This document shows, in pieces, positions 56,432-64,000 of a DNA stretch of 64,000 nucleotides. Position numbers and translations under genes: made by a program. Each line of letters starts with the position of its first letter. Position 1 is the stretch's first letter. Under the pieces are notes generated by a model that did no database searches, was not told the origin of the DNA, and saw nothing but the letters and a program-made list of their open reading frames with translations. This DNA comes from an uncultured Acidobacteriaceae bacterium (GTDB lineage: Bacteria > Acidobacteriota > Terriglobia > Terriglobales > Acidobacteriaceae): assembly GCA_963802695.1 (NCBI GenBank), contig CAWDJN010000008.1, positions 13,778 through 77,777 of the forward strand, given 5' to 3'.

Positions 56432-58723
56432 ATGGAAATATTGACTCAAGCAACCGGAAAGTCGTACGACGAGAGCTCCTGCCGCAAACATGTTCCTGCG
56501 TCCGAAAGTAATCTGAATTACCTCGACGGGTTTTCTGCGTGTGTGTGGTTTGTCGTTGTTGGCATTCTTTTGTGCGTTCTGATCCGTCCGGCCGCCGCCG
56601 GGGAACCGCAGCCGGGGAAGAACGTCCTCGTGCTGCATAACTGGGCTAATCTCCCCCAGTCCTGGGCCGTGATGGAATCCACGGTGCGGGCTCGCGTCCC
56701 GGGGCAGATCAACTTCTATACTGCGTCTGTCGAAAACCCTCGGTTCGACGAGAAAGAATATCGTGAAAGCCTGGCAGAGACTCTCCGCCGCGGATACGGT
56801 GGGGTAAAGCTGGATCTTCTGGTTGCAGCCAGCTATTCCGTGCTGAAGTTCACAGTGGAATACCGTGACAAGATGTTCCCGGGAGTGCCGATCGTCTTTA
56901 CGGATGTCCACGAGCAACAAGTGCTGGAGCTACCGCGTGGCGTCACTGGTGTGGTGAGCCCAATGGGGATGCGGGAGACGATCGATCTTGCGCTTCGTCT
57001 TCAACCTGATACCACTTCGATTGCCGTCATCACCGGTACGTCGCAGTGGGACAAGTACTGGCTGGCGGTTGCGCACAGAGAACTTCTTCGTCATCAGGAT
57101 AAGGTGAGAGAGATCGATGTCATTGGACCTGCGAGCGGACTGGTCCTTGAGAAGGTTAGTGAACTGCCTCCTCATACTGTGGTCTTGTTTCAGCTCAGGC
57201 CAGATGACCAAATTCAACCAGCGCTCGACCCGATGGATATTCTCGTTGCGGTTGCACAGCGAGTGCCGACCTATTCCGCATGGTCAGGGCTTGCTTTGAA
57301 TCGCGGCGGCATTGGTGGAGCGTACCGCGACTTGCCGAAAGAGGCTGTGTTGAATGGGCAGGTAGTGGCCCGGGTGCTGTCGGGGGAACGGCCGGAGAAC
57401 ATTCCCATCGTGCACGACTCAGGTTTGCAGGTCCAAGTGGACTGGCGGGCGCTTCGGCACTGGCACATCCCGGAATCAGCGTTGCCTGTAGGGGCTTTTG
57501 TCGAGTATCAGGAGCCGACTTTTTGGCAGCGCGAGCGGAGATACATTCTTATTGCCCTGATCCTGATTGCCGCTCAGGCACTGTTGATTGCTGGCTTGCT
57601 GTTGCAGCGAGCGCACAAACGGAAGGCTGAGGCGATTCTGCGTGAGAGCGAAGAGCGCTTCCGAGTGATGGCTGATTCGACGCCATCGCTGGTCTGGATG
57701 TCTGACGAACGAGGGCGGATTAACTACATCAATGGCCGTCGAGTCGCCTTTACAGGCCGCGATCCGGACGCAGGGTACGGCAACATCTGGGTCACATACA
57801 TTCATCCTGACGATGTAGAGCGTGTGTTGGCAACCTTCTATGAAGCGCTGAAGACCAAACAGCCGTTCTCGCAGGAATACCGTCTGCGTCGAAGCGATGG
57901 AATCTATCGTTGGATGTTCGATGTTGCTTCTCCGCGGGTGAACGGCGATGGATCGTTTGGCGGGTTTATCGGCTCGGCGATTGACACAACTGATAATAAG
58001 CTTGCCCAGCAGGCGCTTGAAAAGGTGAGCGGTCAACTGATCGAAGCGCAGGAACAGGAACGCAGTCGGATCGCGAGAGATCTGCATGATGACGTTTGCC
58101 AGCGGCTGGCACTTTTGTCGATGGAGATTGAACGGGCAAATCGCAGCTCGGTTGGGGCGCCCGCCTCGCTACCGCACAATCTGGACGAGATCCGGAAACA
58201 TTGCACGGAGATTGCGAATGATGTTCAATCTCTGTCGCACAAGCTGCACTCTTCAACGCTCGATTACCTGGGCGTTGTGGCGGCTATTAGAGCGTTCTGC
58301 AACGAATTCTCGAAACAGCATCAGGTAAGCATAGAATTCACCGACAGGAAAGTGCCTGCACATCTGCCGAAGGATATCTCGCTGTGCTTTTTCCGAATCG
58401 CCCAGGAAGCTCTGCATAACGCGGTGAAGTACAGCGGAGCCAAACAATTCTCCGTGGCCTTGTCGGCCACAGGGGAAGAGGTGCAGCTTGTCGTGCAGGA
58501 CGCAGGCGCGGGTTTTGACGTTGAAGAGGCGAGGAAGAAATCGGGGTTAGGGCTGGTGAGTATGCAGGAACGGATCAACCTGGTTCATGGGCGTTTCTCC
58601 GTCGAGTCGAAGCCGGGTAAGGGAACAAAAATCCTTGCAGTCGTGCCTTTCGTTAGTGAAGAGGAGAGGTCTCAAGAGGGTGCGGCACGCCAGAAGGCCG
58701 ACAGCGGGCAAAAGGTGGCATGA
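56432..58723 (+). CDS. Membrane sensor histidine kinase (periplasmic binding-protein-like, PAS, HisKA_3)
   Basis: ERSRIARDLHD, QEALHNAVKY, DAGAGF, GLGLVSMQER; start uncertain. Confidence 0.9.
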   Translation: MEILTQATGKSYDESSCRKHVPASESNLNYLDGFSACVWFVVVGILLCVLIRPAAAGEPQPGKNVLVLHNWANLPQSWAVMESTVRARVPGQINFYTASVENPRFDEKEYRESLAETLRRGYGGVKLDLLVAASYSVLKFTVEYRDKMFPGVPIVFTDVHEQQVLELPRGVTGVVSPMGMRETIDLALRLQPDTTSIAVITGTSQWDKYWLAVAHRELLRHQDKVREIDVIGPASGLVLEKVSELPPHTVVLFQLRPDDQIQPALDPMDILVAVAQRVPTYSAWSGLALNRGGIGGAYRDLPKEAVLNGQVVARVLSGERPENIPIVHDSGLQVQVDWRALRHWHIPESALPVGAFVEYQEPTFWQRERRYILIALILIAAQALLIAGLLLQRAHKRKAEAILRESEERFRVMADSTPSLVWMSDERGRINYINGRRVAFTGRDPDAGYGNIWVTYIHPDDVERVLATFYEALKTKQPFSQEYRLRRSDGIYRWMFDVASPRVNGDGSFGGFIGSAIDTTDNKLAQQALEKVSGQLIEAQEQERSRIARDLHDDVCQRLALLSMEIERANRSSVGAPASLPHNLDEIRKHCTEIANDVQSLSHKLHSSTLDYLGVVAAIRAFCNEFSKQHQVSIEFTDRKVPAHLPKDISLCFFRIAQEALHNAVKYSGAKQFSVALSATGEEVQLVVQDAGAGFDVEEARKKSGLGLVSMQERINLVHGRFSVESKPGKGTKILAVVPFVSEEERSQEGAARQKADSGQKVA

Positions 58724-58731
58724 GTCGAGGA

Positions 58732-59472
58732 TCAGGGGCCGGGGTAGAGGGGTAGAGAGAGGGATTCCTTGAAGGTGGGTTTGGGGCGCTTCTCGTAGAG
58801 CTCGGTGATCATCTGAGACTGGAACCAGGCGTTGGCTGGAGTGGGTGAGATTTTGTCGAAGTTGGTGTTGAAATACTCTTCGACTTCCTGACCATCGGGG
58901 ACGGGGGATGTCTGGTATTTGAGGACGTCCTGGTAGTGCTCGACGATGTGGTCGAGGAGCTTGTTGTCGGTCTCGCGCCAGAATGCCATGGCGATGCGGT
59001 TGGCTCCGTACTCGTAGTCGTAGGGCATGCGGTCTTCGTCCTGGTGGAGGCAAGCCTGAGCCCAGTGGCTCATCTCGTGGATGAAGACCCAGTGATGGAT
59101 GCCGGTTTCGAACTCTCGGTGTGCGTCCTCGAGGGTGGGGTTGGCCCCGGCGAGGCGGTAGAAGGCGGATTGGTCTCGTCGGGTTAGCTGCTGCCAGAGG
59201 GGAGTGGTGAGGGTGTTGGCCTCGGCGTCGTAGTGTGCCCAGGCGTTGACGTTTTGGAGAAGGAGCTTGGGTGGGGAGATGTGACAGACGGTTCCGGCGT
59301 CGACTAGTTTTTTTGCGAAGGAGTCGCGCAGGGTGGTGAGTTCGATGGCGACGGGGTCGGTGGACGGGTCTAGCGCGGGGGCTGGGACTGGGCGCGGCGC
59401 GGGGGTGGTTTGGGCGTAGAGGTGTGCGGCGGCCAGGGTGAGGGAGGCGAGGATGGAGAGAAACGGCTTCAT
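58732..59472 (-). CDS. Secreted hypothetical protein with HExxH motif
   Basis: Signal peptide; IHEMSHW...EYGAN. Confidence 0.7.
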   Translation of the reverse strand: MKPFLSILASLTLAAAHLYAQTTPAPRPVPAPALDPSTDPVAIELTTLRDSFAKKLVDAGTVCHISPPKLLLQNVNAWAHYDAEANTLTTPLWQQLTRRDQSAFYRLAGANPTLEDAHREFETGIHHWVFIHEMSHWAQACLHQDEDRMPYDYEYGANRIAMAFWRETDNKLLDHIVEHYQDVLKYQTSPVPDGQEVEEYFNTNFDKISPTPANAWFQSQMITELYEKRPKPTFKESLSLPLYPGP

Positions 59473-59588
59473 GAGTGTGGTTGCCGCTGACTTTGTTCTT
59501 CACGATACTACGGGGTTGGCTTAGGACAAGCAGATTCGTTCGATGGGCTTTGATAGGCTAGCGATGTTGCTGAGAGGAGCGGAGTGCC

Positions 59589-60236
59589 GTGATCGATGTG
59601 CATCCCCCTACGGAACCCGTGCATGGATGGCGGGATTTCCTCCTTCACTTGTTGACGATCGTGATCGGGTTGGTGATTGCGCTAAGCCTGGAAGGTTGGG
59701 TCGAGTGGCAGCACCATCGGCATCTGGTTCATGAGGCCGAGGCTAGTTTGCAGGGAGAGATCAAGACGAACGCCGGGAATATTGCAGGGGCGCTGGATGA
59801 TGTGCGGAAAGAGCAGGCGTCGCTTAAGGGGGATATCGAGATATTGCAGCGGATTATCGCGAATCCGAAGGTGGAGAACCGTGAAGAGTTCACGGTGGGG
59901 CTGCGGGTGCGAACGTTTGAGGACGTGAGCTGGAAGACGGCGCAGTCGACGGGAGCGCTGGGATATATGGCTTATGAGCAGGCGCATGAGTACGCGAATC
60001 TTTACAGCCAGCAGGAGGAGATCTATCAGGCGGAACAGCAGGCGGTGCGAGATACGGTGGTGGCGGTCGCTCCGATTATCAATTTGAAGAAGGGTGCGGT
60101 GAATCCGGGGGCGGAGGAGTCGGTGAAGATTAAGGAGCACTTTGAGGTGTTGCAGACGCAGATGATGTATTTGCAGTCGAAGATTGAAGGGCTTGATGGG
60201 GCGTTCAAGACGTTTCTTGCGGCGCATCCGGAGTGA
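59589..60236 (+). CDS. Hypothetical membrane-anchored helical protein
   Basis: SD GAGGAG, GTG start, TM TIVIGLVIALSL, coiled coil; stop overlaps thiD start. Confidence 0.75.
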   Translation: MIDVHPPTEPVHGWRDFLLHLLTIVIGLVIALSLEGWVEWQHHRHLVHEAEASLQGEIKTNAGNIAGALDDVRKEQASLKGDIEILQRIIANPKVENREEFTVGLRVRTFEDVSWKTAQSTGALGYMAYEQAHEYANLYSQQEEIYQAEQQAVRDTVVAVAPIINLKKGAVNPGAEESVKIKEHFEVLQTQMMYLQSKIEGLDGAFKTFLAAHPE

Positions 60237-61054
60237 GGACGGGACGGTTGCAGACAGTATTGACGATTGCGGGGTTTGATCCTTCCTCAGGGGCAGGGGT
60301 GACGGCCGACCTGATGGTGTTTGCTGCACATGGACTGTTTGGGACCTCGTGCATTACGGGGTTGACCGTACAGTCTACGGTTGGGGTGCGTCTGTCGGTA
60401 CCGGTTGTGACGGAGTTGGTGGAGGAGACGCTGGAGTGTCTGGTGAGCGATCTGCCGCCTGTGGGGGTGAAGATCGGGATGTTGGGAGTGGGGGCTACGG
60501 TGGATGTGGTGGCGAAGTTTTTAGAGGGTCTGCGCGGGGGTGGGCGGCGAGTACCGGTGGTTCTGGATCCGGTGGTTCGGTCCAGCTCGGGGAGGGAATT
60601 GCTCGATGCGGCGGGGGTGGAGGCGATGCGCGAGAGACTGCTGCCGCTGGTGGACTGGGTCACCCCGAATGTGGAGGAGCTGGGGGTGTTGACGGGGCTC
60701 GGGGTGTCGCGAAGGGAAGATGTGGAGGAGGCGGCTCGGGTGCTTGCTGGGGGAGGTTTTGGGACAGGATTGAATGTTGTGGTTACGGGTGGGCATCTGG
60801 AACGCCCGGATGACCTGGTGCTCGTGGGAGGTGAGGCGGTCTGGTTGGAGGGAGAGAAGATTGAGAGCCGGTCAACGCATGGGACGGGGTGTGCGTTTTC
60901 GAGCGCGCTGCTGAGCCGGCTGGTGCTGGGGGATTCGGGGAAGGATGCGGCGAGGCGGGCGAAGCAGTATGTGACCGAGGCGATTCGGACGGCGGAGGCG
61001 GTGGGAGCGGGCTTTGGGCCGGTGAATCATCTTTGGCCGCTGCGGGAGGAGTAG
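60233..61054 (+). CDS. thiD: Hydroxymethylpyrimidine/phosphomethylpyrimidine kinase
   Basis: LTIAGFDPSSGAGVTAD, KIGML, LDPV, TPNVEE, THGTGC. Confidence 0.93.
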   Translation: MRTGRLQTVLTIAGFDPSSGAGVTADLMVFAAHGLFGTSCITGLTVQSTVGVRLSVPVVTELVEETLECLVSDLPPVGVKIGMLGVGATVDVVAKFLEGLRGGGRRVPVVLDPVVRSSSGRELLDAAGVEAMRERLLPLVDWVTPNVEELGVLTGLGVSRREDVEEAARVLAGGGFGTGLNVVVTGGHLERPDDLVLVGGEAVWLEGEKIESRSTHGTGCAFSSALLSRLVLGDSGKDAARRAKQYVTEAIRTAEAVGAGFGPVNHLWPLREE

Positions 61055-61149
61055 TCCGAATTTGGAATGCGGTGGATGGGTAATGCGACTTTTGGGTGAT
61101 GAGTGAGATGAGGTAGCCGATAGGGAAGTGGACGGAGGATTTTTTGTCC

Positions 61150-61536
61150 ATGGCTACAGCAGTCTTTCCCGGTGGACCTCAGGCTCCCCGACCGGTTCTG
61201 GTTCCCGCACGCAAACGGAAGGCGTTTCCCAGCTTGTCGGCGGGGAGAGCGGTTTCGAGTGTTGGGGATCTCACGATTCATCGGATAACAAGTACACATC
61301 ATGGGAGGACGCTGTTGAAGCTGGGTCATGCAGCGGAGTACCTGGTGAACTCGCGCCGTTATTCGTCCCGGAAGATGGACAGGGAGGCAGAGGTGGAGGC
61401 CATTCACATTTTGATGGGGGCCAGCCGGACGGTGTTTGAGGAGTATGCAGAGCGGCGATCGGTGAGGCGGCGGCTGGAGGATTGGGTTGTAGAGCGAGTG
61501 GTTCGCGGGGTGGAGAAGGTGGCGAAGTACGTCTGA
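61150..61536 (+). CDS. Hypothetical protein
   Basis: SD GGAGG; LGHAAEYL helical motif. Confidence 0.7.
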   Translation: MATAVFPGGPQAPRPVLVPARKRKAFPSLSAGRAVSSVGDLTIHRITSTHHGRTLLKLGHAAEYLVNSRRYSSRKMDREAEVEAIHILMGASRTVFEEYAERRSVRRRLEDWVVERVVRGVEKVAKYV

Positions 61537-61582
61537 TAATGGGGTTGACACTGACAGAGGGGGTAGCTGCTAGGCTTAGATT

Positions 61583-61801
61583 ATGGCTTTGACTGTGGTT
61601 CTGAATGGGCAGATGCGGGAGTTTAAGGGGTTGGAGACCACGGCTAACCTGGAACAGGTGCTGGGTGAGCTTGGGGTGAAGGGCGACCGGGTGGCGGTGG
61701 AGCGGAATGGGGAGATTGTTCCGCGGGCTCTTTGGGCCGGGACGCTGGTGGGTGAGGGGGACCGGCTAGAGGTGGTGCATTTTGTTGGGGGTGGGGTTTA
61801 A
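61583..61801 (+). CDS. thiS: Sulfur carrier protein
   Basis: [26 protein letters not shown](V). Confidence 0.92.
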   Translation: MALTVVLNGQMREFKGLETTANLEQVLGELGVKGDRVAVERNGEIVPRALWAGTLVGEGDRLEVVHFVGGGV

Positions 61802-61899
61802 ATTTGCTGTAAGTTGAGGTTTGGGGGGATTCCTTGAAGTTGTTGATGAGGTCTCCGGATCCGGGGTTGATCCCTCCAATTGCGCTCGGTCCCAGGAAA

Positions 61900-61960
61900 G
61901 CAACAGCAGGTCCCCTTCGGGGATGACAACAAGAAAAGCAACAGCAATGGCAATGGCGAT
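61900..61960 (+). repeat. REP-like element ending in ATGAC
   Basis: GCAACAGCAGGTCCCC-TTCG-GGGATGACAACAAGAAAAGCAACAGCAA. Confidence 0.7.
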
Positions 61961-62164
61961 CCAGAGCAGGAGCCTACCGCGCTTGGCTTCGTTGAGGGAA
62001 GGTAGTTGGGAGGTTGGTGTGCGACTGGCTTGCACTATACATAATATGTGTTATCGGACGTTGCGTTTTCGGCCTGGGATTGTGCGCGGATTATGCTTTC
62101 TCTCACTAATATTGGCGGGACTCGTCTTATGCTCTGACAAGTCCGGTTTCTTATCTAACAAGTT

Positions 62165-63868
62165 GTGTTGAGGTTTGTTCGTGTTGCCAGCTTGGTTAGT
62201 TCGCCGCTTCGATGTTCGGGACTGCCGCTTCCCCTCTTTGCCTTTGGGCTTGTTTTTGCCGTGCTGGTTGGGTTTGACGTTTTGGTCGAGGCGCAAGGGA
62301 TCCAGTCTTCAGCGATGAGCATGGGGGCGGTCGGGTCGCCGGCATCATCCAGTTCTTCGACGGTTGTGCCGAGTACAGTGATGGGTGAGGTTCGGAATGC
62401 GATTACGGGGGCTCCGGTTCCCCGGGCGCTGGTTCGGATGGGTGACCGGGCGGTTTTGACGGACCATGATGGGAAGTTCCGCTTCGATCAGAACACGATC
62501 GCGGCGGTGAATTTGATGGTGACCAAACCGGGCTATTATGCCGGGCTGGAGATGCAGGACGCGGAGAATGTGTATCTGCAGGGGGCTCAGTTGGGCGTGC
62601 CGGTGGTGCTTCGGCTTTATCCTGAGGCGGTGCTGACGGGGACGGTGGTGGGGCCGGATGGAGCGCCGTTGTCGCGGATTGCGGTGAATGCGGAGCGGAG
62701 GTATTTTGACGATACGGGCCACCGTTGGCTGCAGGTGGGGCAAGACCAGACGGATTCGCATGGGAACTTCCGGATTCCGGTGCAGGCCGGGGATTTACGG
62801 ATCACCACCCGGTATGCTCCGCTTGACCGCACGACCGGAGAAGCTGTTTTACCTGTGATGGTTACAAGCGATGGTTCAACTGGAAGTTCAGATGCTATTC
62901 GGATCCGGAGTGGCGAGGAACGGCATTTTGAGCTGCGGCCGGCGGTGAGCCCGACGCATTCCGTGACGATCACTACGGGGTTTGGCGGGACCGGGCCTGG
63001 GGATTTTGTGAGAATTGGGGCTCGTGCAAGCGATGGGAGCGTGCTGCAGGTGGGTGCGCAGCGAAACGGGGATTCTGGAGAGACGAAGATACAGCTTCCC
63101 CAAGGGACATTTCTGCTGACGGCGATGAGGGGCAATCAGGAGACCGCGGAGGAGGCGGAGACTCGAGTTACGGTGCCGGACCATGACATCTCGGGCGTGG
63201 TGTTGCAGTTTGCGCCGGTGCCAATGATCCCGGTGGAGCTGGTTGTGGACAGTTCCGTTACGTCTGATAATTCGCAGACCGCTCCCCAGAACCCCACGGT
63301 GCAGCAGTTCGGGCTTACGCTGCAGAACGAGCAGGAGGATTCGCAGCGGCCGGATACGACGATACGGCTGATGCCGCGAAAGGATCAGAGCTATGCGTTT
63401 CAGGCACCGCCAGGAACTTATCGCCTGCAGGGGCGGGATACGGGAACGTGGTTTATCAAGAGTGTTACCTATGGGGATTCGGACCTGCTGAGAGATGCGC
63501 TGGTGGTGGTGCCGGGCGCGGCGGGGACTCCGATACGGGTGACAGTGAGCAATGCTACCGGGAGTCTTCAGGGTACGGTAAATCTGAATGGGAATCCTTC
63601 GGCGGGGTGGGTTTATCTGATTCCGACGGGAGCGAGCGCGCAGACGGTGATTTCACTGCGTGCCGGGAGCTCGGGTGCTTTTACTGCTGCGCATTTGCCG
63701 CCGGGAAGTTATCAGGTGATTGCTTTTGAGCGGCGGCACTCGGTGAATTATAGAGATGCGGCTAACCTCGCTCCTTACAGCAACTATGTTCATTCGGTGA
63801 CGGTGAATGCGGGGGATAAACCTACGGTGAGTCTGGATGCGGTGCCTGTGGCGGAGGTGACGCAGTGA
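62165..63868 (+). CDS. Secreted protein with carboxypeptidase regulatory-like domains
   Basis: GEVRNAITGAPV, TDHDGKF, TDSHGNF, LPPGSY repeats. Confidence 0.8.
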   Translation: MLRFVRVASLVSSPLRCSGLPLPLFAFGLVFAVLVGFDVLVEAQGIQSSAMSMGAVGSPASSSSSTVVPSTVMGEVRNAITGAPVPRALVRMGDRAVLTDHDGKFRFDQNTIAAVNLMVTKPGYYAGLEMQDAENVYLQGAQLGVPVVLRLYPEAVLTGTVVGPDGAPLSRIAVNAERRYFDDTGHRWLQVGQDQTDSHGNFRIPVQAGDLRITTRYAPLDRTTGEAVLPVMVTSDGSTGSSDAIRIRSGEERHFELRPAVSPTHSVTITTGFGGTGPGDFVRIGARASDGSVLQVGAQRNGDSGETKIQLPQGTFLLTAMRGNQETAEEAETRVTVPDHDISGVVLQFAPVPMIPVELVVDSSVTSDNSQTAPQNPTVQQFGLTLQNEQEDSQRPDTTIRLMPRKDQSYAFQAPPGTYRLQGRDTGTWFIKSVTYGDSDLLRDALVVVPGAAGTPIRVTVSNATGSLQGTVNLNGNPSAGWVYLIPTGASAQTVISLRAGSSGAFTAAHLPPGSYQVIAFERRHSVNYRDAANLAPYSNYVHSVTVNAGDKPTVSLDAVPVAEVTQ

Positions 63869-64000
63869 TGGGGATTCGGTCGACGTGGGTGACTTTGATG
63901 TGTTGTGGGGTTGCGTTGGCACAGCCTGCGCAGAAGCGTGAAGCAAAGCCGGGGTCCGGGATGCGGTATCAGATTACGGGTGTGGTGGTGAATAGCGTGG
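63868..64000 (+). CDS. Second carboxypeptidase regulatory-like domain protein (5' part only)
   Basis: TGATG overlap; MGIRSTWVTLMCCGVALAQ...YQITGVVVNSV. Confidence 0.6.
   Translation, partial: MGIRSTWVTLMCCGVALAQPAQKREAKPGSGMRYQITGVVVNSV

Noticed and set aside
61821-62171. 116-aa ORF after thiS
   Set aside because: Reads through a REP-like element, lacks an SD and has no protein-like features

Overview
Bacterial chromosomal window. Gene content and repeat style suggest Acidobacteriota (Terriglobia-like); this is an inference. Left to right: the end of a capsule/EPS cluster (three GT4 glycosyltransferases, frameshifted wza, wzc, ugd, UDP-GlcA decarboxylase, wzi); a degenerate E1-alpha-like gene, aceE and argJ; a P450; tmk; lpxD; a tRNA nucleotidyltransferase-like gene with a histone-like tail; a Tat sulfatase; SRPBCC-ArsR; a heme-copper oxidase operon; pdxT and pdxS separated by two orphan ORFs, a BrnTA toxin-antitoxin pair and a B12 radical SAM gene; recQ with two HRDC domains; PaoABC-type oxidoreductase; S10 peptidase; ribB(X); a compositionally distinct block (SDR, NemR-like TetR, two histidine kinases); thiD; thiS. 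Several genes carry single-base frameshifts, often in homopolymers, so assembly errors are likely. No rRNA, tRNA, CRISPR array or transposase was recognised. The most notable signals are: (1) a gene-orientation-independent switch from C-rich to G-rich top strand, with sharp onset inside lpxD and short repeats apparently polarised across it; (2) REP-like elements embedded in frame in recQ and pdxT; (3) an A-family oxidase whose D-channel Asp is replaced by Arg; (4) a recurrent leaderless-promoter signature; (5) a probable ATA start codon. All calls are by manual reading; no database searches were run.
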